Position numbers and translations under genes: made by a program. Below the pieces are notes generated by a model. The model ran no database searches and was not told the DNA's origin. It was given only the letters and a program-made list of their open reading frames with translations. A DNA stretch of 64,000 bases from IMG/VR virus record IMGVR_UViG_3300035162_004655, positions 3,576 through 67,575 of that record. One strand, given 5' to 3'. Below, piece after piece: positions 40,001 through 50,600 of this stretch (its first letter is position 1; each line of letters starts with the position of its first letter). Origin of the DNA: a virus.

Positions 40001-43000
40001 TACACTCCAAAATCCACTTTTGTTGGTGTTGGATCAACTCCAATGATGTATAAAAATGGTTCTGCTGTTGCACAACTTCCTTCGCAAGTTTTTGCCGTTG
40101 TTAATAATAACAACAATTTCTCAATATCAACAGTTAAATCAGGAACAGCTGTTACATTTACATCTGTCGGTGAAGGAAATTCTCATGAATTTGCAATGGC
40201 AAAGAGAAATGAAAAGGCTATCATTACTATTAATAATGTTGTACAATATCCAATTGCTTTTGCTAAACTTTCACAAACCTTATCTGGAAATGGTGGAAGT
40301 ATTTCAGAATCCGCAACTATTTTTTCTTTGAGTGGTATTACAACCGTATATCCTCTTGATATATTGAGAGTTGATGATGAATATATGAAAATTGTTAATG
40401 TTGGATTCGGAACAACAAATATTGGACCTATTTCCAATTCCGGAACAGAAACTTTAGTTGAAGTTGAGAGGGGGTTTGTTGGATCATCTGCAGCATCCCA
40501 CACAGATTCAACATTATCTAGAATTTATAAAGGATCTTATAATATTGTAGGTGACAGCATTTTCTTTACAAAATCACCTAGAGGTAATCCTAATGTTTCA
40601 AGAAGAGATAATAATTTAGTATTCGAAACATCAAAATTTTCTGGTAGAGTATTCTTAAGAAAAGATTATACTACAAATTCAGTTTATGATGACGTTTCTA
40701 GGGAATTTACTGGAATTGGTAGAACATTCACTCTCACTGTCGGTGGAGCAAACACTATAGGTATTGGGGTAAGTGGTGGAAATGGACTTGTATTTATTAA
40801 TGGAGTATTCCAAACACCAACTACTACAAACAATCCATTGAATAACTTTAGTATTATTGAGCAAACATCACCTACGGGAATATCTTCCATTGTATTCAGT
40901 GGTATTAGAACCGAAACATCGGATCCGAATAGCATTTTTTCTTCTGAATCTGATATAAATCAAAATCAAATTCCTAGAGGAGGTATTATTGTTTCTTTAG
41001 GATCTACTGAAGGAATCGGTTATGCACCTCTTGTTGGTGCGGCAGTAACTGCTGTCGTTGGTGCTGGGGGTTCAATTGTCTCTGTTGGACTTGGAAGTAC
41101 TGATAATAATGGATCTGGATATAATGGAATAGTATCGATTGGAATAAGTGTTTATGAAGATAATCATATTGGAGATGTTGCTAACATAACAGCCAATATT
41201 GGAGCTGGTGGAACACTAACATTTGCTGTTGGATCTGGTGGAACTGGATACAATAATCCAAAAATATTTGTTTCCGAACCAACATATGAAAATCTTGAAG
41301 TTGAAGGTATTTCTAGAATTGGTATTGGAGCAACGACTGATACTGGAATTGGATTGTTAGTAAATGTTAATGTCGATCCAAGTTCTGCAACAGGTATTGG
41401 ATCAACTTATTTTGAGGTTAGTAGTTACTTTATCTCAAGATCTGGATATGCATTTGAAAAAGGTGACGTATTTAAACCAGTTGGACTTGTTACTGCCAAA
41501 GGTTTGGCATCTCCAATTTCAGAGTTTAAATTTACAGTATTGGAAACTTTTACTGATAATTTCGGTTCATGGCAGTTTGGAGAACTAGATTACATTGATT
41601 CTATCAAAAATTATCAAGATGGAATCAGGATAAGATTTCCACTTTTTTATAATGGGGAAATCTTAAGTTTTGAAAAACCTGATAATTCTATAATAGAACT
41701 TCAAAATACTTTAATTGTAATTATTAATGGAATTATTCAAGAACCTGGTTCTTCTTACCAATTTGATGGTGGAACTTCATTCTCACTTAGTGTCCCACCA
41801 AGACCTGAAGATAAGATTGATATTTTCTTCTATAGAGGAACTAGAGGTGAAGATGATTTATTTGTAGATAATGTTATTCCAACATTAGAAAGAGGTGATG
41901 ATATTAGAATATTTAAAAATGATACTATTCCAGAAACTATTACTCAAGATCAAAGAACAGTTTTTGATGTATCTTTTTCAGATAAATTTGAAACAAATTT
42001 ATACGTAGATCAAGGTATTGATGAAGTTAATCTCAAACCAATTTCATGGACAAAACAAAAAACTGATAGAATAATTAATGGAACTTTTGTTTATAAGACA
42101 AGAGAATCTACAATTGCTCAAATTTATCCAACTGCAAAAATTATTAAAGACATTACAACTTCTGATCCTAGTATTTTTGTTGATGACGTGAGTAATTTTA
42201 ATTATGGAGTTTCAGTAGAAGGACCATATCAGAGAATGAAAGGTATTATTGTTGATGGTAAATCAAATCCCTCACCTGCTAATATTACTGCATCCATTGG
42301 TGTAGGAGGAACAGTTTCTGCTCTTACAATTGTAGATGGTGGAAATGAATATGTAGGATCGACGGTAGATATTAAGTTCCAATCACCACTTCAAATTGGT
42401 ATTGGAATTGGAACTACTGCTCAAGCTACAGGAACAATTACTAATGGAGTAATTACTGGAACTACGATTACAGATCCTGGATTTGGATATACTATCGAAC
42501 CTAAAACAATTACACCTCTTCCAAATTCGAATATTGAAACTGTCGATAATATTGAATTCGTTAAAGGATTTTCTGGAATTATAACAGGAATTTCAACTAC
42601 TTCTGGATCTGGTGGACATTCATTAGCACTTAAGTTTTTCCTTAACACAGGAACAGTAAATTTTGGAGATGATTTACAGATTGGGTATCCAATATTTGTT
42701 AAAGACACTATAATTGGATCTGGTGTTACATCGGTGGATAATTCAAATGCCTCTGTGGTTGGTATTGGAACTACCTTCTTAGATAATATTTACTATATTC
42801 ATCAATTATCTCGTTTTGGTGATCATGTTGGTGTTGTTACTTGCAATATTGATTCTGGAACTGATATAACAGGTCTTTCTACAAGTGGAGATTATGTTGG
42901 TGAATTTTCTTGGGGATTATTTACATCAATTACAAGATCCTCTACTCCTATTTCTATTGGTGTTACTGGAAAAACTGTAGATGTTGGATTATCAACATTT

Positions 43001-43066
43001 CCTACAATTCAGAGAAGAGGTGAAGGACTTAGGTTTACTGGATCACTTCCAGAGTCTTTAAGTTAA
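31061..43066 (+). CDS. g7: Giant baseplate wedge initiator, gp7-like (4001 aa)
   Basis: Position between g6 and g8. FLKQYY.SQE, FYESKGT..SF..LF, IIGWAYDGNPIYGPY (YHYH-like) and DNDYYQNLSYS motifs. Confidence 0.8.
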   Translation: MIQTGIESRVKIQDIISNQLPKYVLDESPKTLDFLKQYYISQEYQGGPVDIAENLDQYLKVDNLTSEVVVGFTTLSSDIGSDDSTISVPNTKGFPEQYGLLKIDDEIITYTGITTNTFTGCIRGFSGITSYHNDLNAEELVFSDTTADSHTSNSSVENLSSLFLKEFYKKLKSTYTPGFENRVFNSELDVGNFIKESRSFYESKGTDDSFRILFNVLFGETPRIINLEEYLIKASDARFIRKEICIAEAISGDPAKIIGQTLTKSTDLTTNASISSVEIFTRDQKIYYKVGLFVGYGDNSNVQGNFIITPNSKVLENVSIGASVISVDSTIGFGQTGTIYSGNNTITYIDKSINQFLGCSGVVDNITATDNIFSDDTYFSYEDGDITKKVVLRLTGILSNFVQKSDSISVNEGQILGVKSIGTLIENPEQNKTYTEIFANSWIYNTSSSIEVDSFIGGSNPTGVVLKTSVDRSQLKKGDRVEFIDEQTNNIIYPTDTSDVPFVSADITSNSVFIGNLSSFSPNDGQSIKLRRKINKANSASVDFKYQNNSIISDVQNMYVDDNNFAYIASNSLPSWGNELTNSYAYQIKEKIKSASISSSSGNIVDLDINTGLYSTIFFDTPVPFISGEKVQYTSSGEILKGLEDEFYYIKIVPNSDGKKIKLYSSPSFLTSDANAVQFKSTTSVLETHTFTLYSQKSRIINPQKILKKFTLNPNIKDGIGEETVPGSIGMLINGVEISNYKIFDKVYYGPIKEVKVLNGGSNFDVINIPYIGLSTSAGTTSLVLPVITGTVTDILVDKQDFDIKEILSVNVTGGNGSGGSFEPVLNKRRREILFDARLTTQGGGISTTTNQLTFFNDHNISNGQQITYRNSGNNSVVVGTGTSTLSDNANYFAKVDNNKTIQLFNTFDDYSNETNQISFATTSVSGIHKFLTESATNTISEIKIIDGGSFTNRKLLVKPTGISTSQNTINFNNHGFLSGEIVEYSAVVGLGITQPQTISGLTTTNQYFVLRNDENSFRVCDAGIGGTNTTNYNQNNFVKLSSVGTGFQQFKYPDIKANIEFTTVGIGTSTQIQSIIATPIVKGSIQEIYVYEPGTGYGSNILNFEKKPSFTIKNGRDAQIYPIIVNGSINDTNIQFGGYEYFSTPDLIVSDPTNAGNGAKLRAIVTNERITGVNIINAGIGYSTSSTIKVVPSGTDEILDASIRELTCNQVEKFNTPQYEILKDVNDELSYSVSGYFKDLQSSFDDTDLTLSNIIGWAYDGNPIYGPYSVVDPDNVSSGIKTMTSGYVKNISNVHDRPSTSDFSLGFFVEDYSFNSQNGNLDKNNGAFVKTKDFPNGVYAYYASIDSITGEPQFPYFIGNSFRSNTIDENQSLNQEFDFNNSSLSRNTLGYKILESNSSNDFLIENDTIKQQQISVDHISDGSISGISIINSGDNYKVNDLLNFDNNDTNGGGIYAKVSSLKGRGIDRIDTSYEVYNDAVFTWRGDDKVNITISPFHTLLDNDYISISGFSTSNLSILNGFYKINVPPIPNVGLTTEIVSSGAATTEIYVTQVPPGVSVGSSVGIGTETLEILNVYPDKNVFRVNRGLPGTGHTIGVAVSFKPKTFLIDKKVDYFDSKVNNRVYFNPQESVGFGTTAGIGRKVSYSFGEEIITGSIPTQRISIKNHPFETNQRITFSQNGNSVISISTSPTGTQFDLPTTVYVVNKSPSTIGIKTSLTSDEVFFVGGGDNVDDYYFDTNNIQKLGKVEKILSTVSISTSHYHGLIKGDSITMDINPNLSVGIGTSISVRLNRNLTTNNLQINPIGFNSLGINTISNQINIENHGLETGDKVYYESDSVASGLDTGSYFVYRVNSDNIKLGYSNINVSQNPPVVVSIGGTGGSSQTISLINPRIQSVSNNNLVFDLTDSSLEGYLFKLYYDRDFNNEFISTGSTETFSISSVGTIGITTNASITINSSPELPKKLYYSLEKSGYISSSDKDVNNFSEILFIDSAYNKTYNVFGVGSTTFQISLQESPEKLTYTSSECDNLEYTTTSTSASGPVNNVKIISGGSQYKKLPSLSNVSTINGKNLSVSLKSDSIGLVKETRTINEKFEYSSDKTLNPKAFISPKIVLKDSNTIGIITVTSGGSGYTSPPTIVIINNDTRSEVKNGVIEAKLTGNSVSELIIDVPPKGISDQSAELFAINNTNGISIKKVNSEENTGIFTCILTTPSLGFDENVFSVGEEVFVEGIQKSSTTGDGFNSSDYGYKFFKVVKYENKLTPGLLDDQVTISIVGLGTNVGVAKTIQDSSGSITAKKNYPTFSLLLSPSGFEIGERLISDGIETDLIVTDYDDSGSLKVLGTYDLSVNETIVGKSSGNISIIESLIPYDGIFEIKFSNRKNQGWENQTGKLSENYQVLADNDYYQNLSYSIKSKQQWNDIRTSVNSLVHSIGIKNFADTEIISDGDGRVGIESSSDSTTIIRDYINEKRVDTINNFDFVRDVDLVVNKSKFLKLKNKKLTNYSESISNVGLKIDDIKEQFSNFEDEPLPYINLLKINDDISYNNYLFKVSDVSGKNQVQLTSLLFLNNSLNNNIAVLENQSLVNVGSGFTTINGDQYGDFSVEIDEFDDKYVRFTPKDAFNTEYDIKYIDKKFNNENIGVGTTSIGFIDITSRSQEILTGATTNIIGVSTNKFTSFHVNAQVYKEVTNEMNFVELYVTHDGTDTNISEFYFDTEDFSRSSNLLGYFDSNIDSGSFNLNYTNDTDQDVIVKTHIVGFGTKNLLDSVGIGTFRYKLLNQPEGSERSAIYESGVSTTTSGVSTSFLRLNKNNFDSARSLVEVSIGSTKSIHQVMMVQDNTDIYTQQYSLLSIGSTSGESTPLGVGTFGGEYSGDDVLVKFYPDSNFTGDIRINSYSECLYTIIDIINQAPNLIYGNSIETVNTKSYLAINGDRINKEDFVLRSKTTPIFAKSFDPSDANILNLSTGVFSIDNHFFSNGEELIYTPKSTFVGVGSTPMMYKNGSAVAQLPSQVFAVVNNNNNFSISTVKSGTAVTFTSVGEGNSHEFAMAKRNEKAIITINNVVQYPIAFAKLSQTLSGNGGSISESATIFSLSGITTVYPLDILRVDDEYMKIVNVGFGTTNIGPISNSGTETLVEVERGFVGSSAASHTDSTLSRIYKGSYNIVGDSIFFTKSPRGNPNVSRRDNNLVFETSKFSGRVFLRKDYTTNSVYDDVSREFTGIGRTFTLTVGGANTIGIGVSGGNGLVFINGVFQTPTTTNNPLNNFSIIEQTSPTGISSIVFSGIRTETSDPNSIFSSESDINQNQIPRGGIIVSLGSTEGIGYAPLVGAAVTAVVGAGGSIVSVGLGSTDNNGSGYNGIVSIGISVYEDNHIGDVANITANIGAGGTLTFAVGSGGTGYNNPKIFVSEPTYENLEVEGISRIGIGATTDTGIGLLVNVNVDPSSATGIGSTYFEVSSYFISRSGYAFEKGDVFKPVGLVTAKGLASPISEFKFTVLETFTDNFGSWQFGELDYIDSIKNYQDGIRIRFPLFYNGEILSFEKPDNSIIELQNTLIVIINGIIQEPGSSYQFDGGTSFSLSVPPRPEDKIDIFFYRGTRGEDDLFVDNVIPTLERGDDIRIFKNDTIPETITQDQRTVFDVSFSDKFETNLYVDQGIDEVNLKPISWTKQKTDRIINGTFVYKTRESTIAQIYPTAKIIKDITTSDPSIFVDDVSNFNYGVSVEGPYQRMKGIIVDGKSNPSPANITASIGVGGTVSALTIVDGGNEYVGSTVDIKFQSPLQIGIGIGTTAQATGTITNGVITGTTITDPGFGYTIEPKTITPLPNSNIETVDNIEFVKGFSGIITGISTTSGSGGHSLALKFFLNTGTVNFGDDLQIGYPIFVKDTIIGSGVTSVDNSNASVVGIGTTFLDNIYYIHQLSRFGDHVGVVTCNIDSGTDITGLSTSGDYVGEFSWGLFTSITRSSTPISIGVTGKTVDVGLSTFPTIQRRGEGLRFTGSLPESLS

Positions 43067-43075
43067 TTTTATCTA

Positions 43076-43083
43076 TATAAATA
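43076..43083 (+). promoter_or_regulatory. Late promoter TATAAATA
   Basis: Perfect box upstream of g8. Confidence 0.8.
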
Positions 43084-43102
43084 TTTAAAAAAACTGTGTA
43101 AT

Positions 43103-44680
43103 ATGTCTGCTATAGTAACAGATCAATTTAGAATTGCTAATGCTAATAATTTTGTAGATTCTGTGTTGAGTTCTGATAATAATTATTATGTTTTTTTGGG
43201 ACTTTCAAATCCCGGAACAACATCTACTCCTGTAGGATTTGGTAGGACTGCAGCATGGGGAAACACCCCATCAAATCCACCAAGTCCTATTGATAATCAG
43301 CAGTACTTAAGTCATTATAGAAATACTGCACTATTTGGCAAAAAATTAAATTCTTCTAATATTAGAAGAGTTGTAAAAAAAATTAATTGGACTTCAAATG
43401 CTCGTTATGAAATGTATCGTCATGATTATAGTGTTGGAAATTTAGCACCAATTTCTCAAAGTGCAAGACTTTATGACACTAATTATTTTGTCATTAATAG
43501 TGATTTTAGAGTTTATATATGCATCTCTAATGGATCTTATGGTAATATTGGAGGAACATCAAATATAACTGGAAATACATCTCAAGATGAGCCAACTTTT
43601 ACAGATTTGGAATCATCTTCTGCAGGAATAAGTGGAGATGGATATATTTGGAAGTATTTGTTTACTATATCTCCAAGTGATATTATTAAATTTGATTCTA
43701 CTGAATATATTGTTCTTCCTAGTGATTGGTCAACTTCAACTGATTTCCAAATTCAATCTGTAAGAGATTCTGGTGATTCTACAATAAACAACAATCAAAT
43801 AAAATATGTTTATATTGAAGATGGAGGAGGAGGTGTATATACCGCAGGCAACTATGATATTAAAGGTGATGGATCAGGAGCAAAAGTAAATATAGAAGTT
43901 GATACATCCGGAACTATTACTAAAACAACAGTTGTTTCTGGTGGTAGTGGATATACATTTGGAATTGTCGATTTTGGACATGCAACAACAGATAGCATTT
44001 CAAATCCTGCAAAGTTAATTCCAATTATACCTCCATCTAGAGGTCATGGTTATAACATATATGAGGAATTGGGGTCAGATAAAGTTCTCGCATATTCGAG
44101 ATTTGATGATTCTACAAAGGATTTTCCAACAGATACAAAATTCTCTCAAGTAGGAATTATAAAAAATCCTGAAAAATATGAATCCACAAGTCTTTACACT
44201 GCAAATGATTATTCATCATTAGGAGCAATTAAATTAACGTCAAATTTTAATAGTATCCCTACTATTGGAGACAAAATTGAACAAACCACGTCAAATGGTA
44301 CTGCAAGAGGATATGTTGCATCATATGATACAGAAACTAGAGTATTAAAGTATTATCAAGATAGATCTCTAAACTTTGCCAATACTTTAAACCAAACTGA
44401 TAGAAATGATGTTACTAGTAAAGCAACTGTTATTAGTTTTGAATCATCATCAAATACAGTTTCTAATGTTTCATATGTAGCATCAATTGATACCAATTTC
44501 AGTGGGATTACAACTACAATTGGATCTAAAGAAATTAATTTGGGAGTAAATTTTTCATCTGGTCTCTCTAATCCAGAGATAAATAAAAATACAGGAGATG
44601 TTATTTACATTGACAATCGTTCTATAGTAACGAGAGACTCTAGGCAAAAAGAAGACATCAAAATTATTCTGGAATTCTAA
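43103..44680 (+). CDS. g8: Baseplate wedge subunit gp8
   Basis: MSAIVTDQFRI, YEMYRHDY, VYICI.NG, DGYIWKYLFTI and G.VIYIDNR..R..QKEDIKIILEF motifs. Confidence 0.92.
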   Translation: MSAIVTDQFRIANANNFVDSVLSSDNNYYVFLGLSNPGTTSTPVGFGRTAAWGNTPSNPPSPIDNQQYLSHYRNTALFGKKLNSSNIRRVVKKINWTSNARYEMYRHDYSVGNLAPISQSARLYDTNYFVINSDFRVYICISNGSYGNIGGTSNITGNTSQDEPTFTDLESSSAGISGDGYIWKYLFTISPSDIIKFDSTEYIVLPSDWSTSTDFQIQSVRDSGDSTINNNQIKYVYIEDGGGGVYTAGNYDIKGDGSGAKVNIEVDTSGTITKTTVVSGGSGYTFGIVDFGHATTDSISNPAKLIPIIPPSRGHGYNIYEELGSDKVLAYSRFDDSTKDFPTDTKFSQVGIIKNPEKYESTSLYTANDYSSLGAIKLTSNFNSIPTIGDKIEQTTSNGTARGYVASYDTETRVLKYYQDRSLNFANTLNQTDRNDVTSKATVISFESSSNTVSNVSYVASIDTNFSGITTTIGSKEINLGVNFSSGLSNPEINKNTGDVIYIDNRSIVTRDSRQKEDIKIILEF

Positions 44681-44686
44681 AGAAAA

Positions 44687-47600
44687 ATGTCGCAAAAAAC
44701 AAATTTAAATATCAATCCATATTATGATGATTTTGATTCGTCTAAAAACTTTTTAAAAGTTTTATTTAAACCAGGATATCCTGTCCAAACTAGAGAATTA
44801 ACAACCTTACAATCTATACTTCAAAATCAAGTAGGAGATTTTGGAAGTCATATGTTTAAAGAAGGATCGATGGTGGTCCCCGGAAACATTGGTTATGATG
44901 GACAATTTTACTCTGTTAAGGTAAACACGACCCAATTTGGAGTTGATTTATCAGTATATATTGAGAATTTTGTTGGAAAAACTATATCCGGACAAGCTTC
45001 TGGAGTTACCGCCAAGGTCCAGAAAATAGTTCTTCCGTCAGAAAGTGATGAAGTAGATAATATAACTCTATATGTAAAATATTTAAAATCAAATGACGAT
45101 TTTGAATTTTCGCAGTTTATTGATGGAGAATTATTATCGGCAAATGAAAATATTGTTTATGGAAATACGACTATAAGTGCAGGATCACCTTTTGCATCCG
45201 CAATTAGTTCAAATTCAACTGCTATTGCATCGGCAGCTTCAGTCGGAGAAGGTATATATTTTATAAGAGGTTACTTTATAAAAGTTTCAAAACAAACAAT
45301 TATTTTAGATTATTATACAAATACCCCATCATATAGAGTTGGATTAAAAATTGATGAATCTCTTATTAATGCAAAAGAAGATGAATCTTTATATGATAAT
45401 GCAAAAGGATTTTCAAATTATTCATCACCAGGTGCTGATAGATTAAAAATATCTTTATCACTTACTAAAAGACCTCTAACAGATACGAATGATACTGATT
45501 TTGTAGAATTACTTAGAGTAAAAAATGGTAAAGTTAAAAAAATTACAACCAAAACTGAATATAATAGAATTCGTGATTATCTTGCAGAAAGAACTTTTGA
45601 TGAATCTGGCAACTATACTATAAATCAATTTGATTTGCATGTAGAAGAATCTTTAAATGATAGATTGGGTAGTGATGGAACTTTTTTCAGTAATGAAACA
45701 ACAGATCAAGGAAACATTCCATCAGAAAGTTTAGCAGTATTAAAAATATCTCCCGGAAAGGCATATGTTCAAGGTTATGATATTGAAAAAATATCTACTT
45801 CTATTGTAGATGTAGATAAACCTAGAGATACTGCAGACATTAAGAATACTACAGTCCCATTTGAAATGGGAAATATACTAAGAGTTAATAATGTAACTGG
45901 AGTACCAAAAGTAAGAGAAACAATAGCTCTTTATGCGCAATTTGGATGTTCCGGAACTCAAATTGGAGAAGCAAGAGTATATTCATTTACTTTAACTGAT
46001 GCAGCATATTCTGATGCGGCAACTAGTTGGGATTTAAGATTATATGATATTCAGACATATACGAGATTAACATTAAATCAATCTGTTTCTTCAGATGAAA
46101 TAAAACAGTCGTTCTTTGTTAAAGGAAATAGTACTGGATCAACAGGATTTGCTGTAGCAAACGGGTCATCAAATCAAATATTTTTAAGACAAACTTCTGG
46201 AACTTTTGCAAAAGGTGAAAATTTAATTATTAATGGAATACAATCTTCAAGATCTGTAACTGAAGTTCGTGCATATAATACTCAAAATATCAAGTCAGTA
46301 AAACAAATAGCACCTTTTAGTTATAGTAATTTTGAAGCAGATTCAATTTTAGATAAATTTAATTTTCCAGGAGCAGTATCTGAATTAACAATTACTGCAA
46401 CTGGGGGAGGTATCTCTACAGTAACTTCTCCAGGTAGAACTTTTGTTGGTATTAGAACTGATACTATAATTAGATATCAACAATCTGGTTCATCATTAGA
46501 GTATTTTAATAGAATATCCAGTGTTGCGGCAGATGCATTATCATTTGAAATTTCTGCATTATCAAGTGTTGCTGGAGTATTTAATGGAACACTTCCAACA
46601 TCAGATATTCAAGTTAATGGATTTTTAGGAGCACCAATAGTAAGAGGTTCAGGAAGTTTATTCGCTCCCTTAGCAGAACCAAATACATCTAGTATTGATC
46701 TTTCTAATTCTCAATTATTCATTACTGAACAGTTGACTGGGAAAGACGTTGACGGCACTGATAATACTATAACTATCAATACTAGTGATATTAGTGGTAT
46801 CACTGATATATCTTGGGTCAATTTTGATCAAGAGAGATTTGGTATTGGATATAGTGGAGGAGGTATAGGAAAGATTACTTCAGATTCCTTTAGTCTTAGT
46901 GGAAATACAATAACTATTAGAGGTCTTGATAATACTCTTTCTAATAATGATACTGTTGTTAATGTAACAGCAGTAAAAAATAATATTCAGAGTAAAACTA
47001 AAACTTATAGTAGAAGTAGAATTTTATCTGTAAATGGATCAAAATTAAAAGAGTCTGGAAATAATGCCGCAACCTCTAAAAATGATGGATTAACATATAA
47101 TCAATATTATGGTTTGAGAATTCAAGACGAAGAAATATCATTAAATTATCCCGATGTGGTGAAGGTTCTTTCAATTTATGAATCTTTAAATGAATCTAAT
47201 CCGACTTTAGATATAGTTGATTTTCCAGTTATATCGAATGTTGGAGCAAATGCATTAATTGGTGAAAATATTATAGGGACTAAAAGCAATACTGTAGCTA
47301 GAATTGTTACTAATAACACTACATCCCCTTCGACTGGAAGTGCAAATAAATTAGGAGTTGTTTATTTAAACGAAAACAAATTTTCTATAGGTGAAGCAGT
47401 AGTATTTGAGGAGTCAAAAATTAATTCTCAAATTGATTCTATAACAAAAGGTAATTATAATGATATAACCGGATCATATGTGTTAAATAGAGGACAGAAA
47501 AATCAATATTATGATTATTCAAGAATTGAAAGAAGAAAAAATATTCATGAACCATCTCGTCGTTTATTGATAATTTTCGATCATTATTCTGTTCCAACGA

Positions 47601-50600
47601 CTGACTCTGGAGATGTATTTACCGTCGATAGTTATGATGCAGAAAGATTTTCTAAAGATATTCCAAATATTGGAGGGTCTATTAGAGCAACAGATACTTT
47701 AGACTTTAGACCTAGAGTGGCAATCTTTGATCCTGCAGTAACAACTGATAGATCACCATTTGATTTTAATGCTAGAACTTCGACATTTAATACTTCTCCA
47801 TTAAGGTTATTAGCACCAAAAGAAAATGCAATAGTCAGTCAAAGTTTTTATCTTCCAAGAATAGACAAAGTTTATTTGGATATTCTTGGCAATTTTGTTG
47901 TTGAAAAAGGAATTTCCTCAAAAAATCCAAAACCACCCAGCAAAAGAGGAGATTTCATAGAACTTGCAACAATTACATATCCTGCATATCTTTATAATAC
48001 ATCTAATGCGGGTATTATCTTAACTGATAATAGAAGATACACAATGAGAGACATTGGTATTATTGAAGATAGAGTCGAAAATTTAGAAAGAGTAACGACA
48101 TTATCTCTTCTGGAAATAAATGCGAACACTTTACGAATTCAAGATGCTGAAGGTAGAGATAGATTTAAAAGTGGTTTCTTTGTTGATTCATTTTCTGATA
48201 ATTCTAAGTTTGATACCTTCCTTTCAACAACTCTGGTTGATCAATCCACTAGAACTTTAAATCCAAACATTAGTAGAAATTCATTAGATTCATTAGTAGC
48301 AACTTTAGATGAGTTGTCACCACAAGAACTAGATTTAAATGATGAAAATTTAATTTTATTGGATTCTTCAATTCAAAAAACTGGTCGAGCATTAACTCTT
48401 GCATATAATGAAGTTGATTGGTTAGAGCAACCATTTGCAACTAAAGTAGAAAATGTAAACCCTTTCAATATTGTTGTTTATAATGGGACAGTTCAATTAC
48501 AACCAGAGGTTGATAGTTGGACTAGAACAGTCCAATTACAGGATGTAAATATAAACAATAGATTTACGCAAGAAGTCAATCTTGTCAATAATTTAGATCT
48601 TACTCAAAATAGATCTTTCGATCTTCCGTTAGCTCCAAGATTTAGAGGTGGAGGAAATACTGGTGGAGCATTACAGGCTTTTGCTCAAGGACTCAGTGGC
48701 ACTGAGAGAAGGAGTAGTACTGCAAGTGATAGTTTTGATACTGTAGATACATTTATTCGTAATGAGGTGGTTGGTACACCTGATGAAGAATTTATGAGAT
48801 CTAGAAATGTTGAGTTCAATGCTTCTAATCTCAAACCAAACACAAGATTTTATCAATTCCTGGATGGTAATAGTGCTGTTGATTTAATTCCTAAATTAAT
48901 TGAAATTTCTAACAATAGAGGACTTACTGGAAATGGTGCTTCTGGTGCATTTAGAATTGGAGAAACTGTAATTGGAACCGTTAATGGTCAAGAGAGAATA
49001 AGATTTAGAGTTTGTACTCCAAATCATAAATTAGGACCTTTTAATTCACCAACATCATTTTATAATCAGAATCCATATGATTCTGAAAATCCTAATATAC
49101 CTAGTAATTACAATTCAGCATCAAAAATTCTTAATGTAGATACAGCATCACTTGCGCAAAATTCTCAAGGAGACTTTTTCGGATATATTGAAAGTGGAAT
49201 GCAGTTGGTAGGGCAAACTAGTCAAACAATTGCATTTGTAAAGGATATTAGATTGATATCAGATAATTATGGAGATCTTATTGGATCTTTCTTCTTAAGA
49301 GATCCAAATGCATCACCAAGACCTTCAACAAGAATATCCACAGGAACAAAAACTTATAGACTTACATCAAGTTCTACAAATACTCCTGGATTGCCTGGAA
49401 GTAATTCCGTTTCTTTTGCTGAAACAAATTATACTGCAGTTGCAACCTTAATCAACTTCCAAGCTACGGTAACAACAAATACCACAACTACCACAATTAA
49501 TAATACTATAAATGCAACTATTGGAGGAACTGTTGAAGTAGGGTATGTTGATCCTCTTGCTCAAACATTTACTGTTGGTGGAAATATTCAAGTTAAATCT
49601 GATATTGATACCGAAGATGATGTGAATGGAGTATTTTTAACCTCTGTAGACATATACTTTGCATCTATTGATAGTGGCACTGCCCCCGTTACAGTTCAAG
49701 TTAGATCTACATTACTAGGAACTCCTACATTAGAAGTTATTGGTAATTCATCAGTAACTCTTAGACCTAGATCTGTTGATGAAAATGGTGTTGAGACTCA
49801 ACTTATTCAAACATCAGATACTGGAGAAATTGCAACTAATGTTAAGTTCCCCGAACCTATTTTCTTGGCACCAGGAAGAGAATACGCGATTGTTCTACTT
49901 TCTGCTCAAAGTGATGAATATGAAGTATGGACTGCAGTTATGGGAGAAAAAACTGTTAATACACAATCTCTTCCAGATGTTGATCAGGTAATTTATACTC
50001 AACAGTTTGCTCTTGGTGCATTATTTAAATCTCAAAACGGTTCTGTTTGGACAACAGATCAAAATCAAGATCTTAAATTTAAATTATACAAAGCAGAATT
50101 TACTGAAACAACAGGATCCGTATATTTTTACAATCCACCATTAGATGAAAGTAATGGATATATTCGAAGATTGAATAGTAGTCCAATTACTATTCTTCCT
50201 AAAACAGGAAAAATTGGTATTGTTACAACAGAAAATTCTAGTTTTATTGGTATTGTAACTGTGGGTAGAAAACTTGCAGGATCCAATAATGGAGGATCTG
50301 CTATTGTTGTTGGACAAGGAAGTTCTGTTAGTAGTGTTAGTCTCACAGATGCAGGTGCAAATTATCCGGCAAGTGTTACTAATCAAATTGTAAGTACTTA
50401 TAATATATCTGGAAAAGGTGAAAATCTTAAACTTCTTATTACTACTAACTCTAATGGAGTAATTACTGGTGTTGGACATTCTACTCTCGATTTTGGAAGT
50501 GGGTATCAAGTAGGAAATCTTGTAGGAATTCAAACTTCAACAACATCTAAACAAACTGGTAGAGATGCTACAGTTACAATTACTGGAATCACAGGATTAA

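Noticed and set aside
31061-43066. 4001 aa ORF as a novelty or intein-containing gene
   Set aside because: Very large gp7-like proteins are normal in cyanomyophages, and I saw no intein splice motifs.
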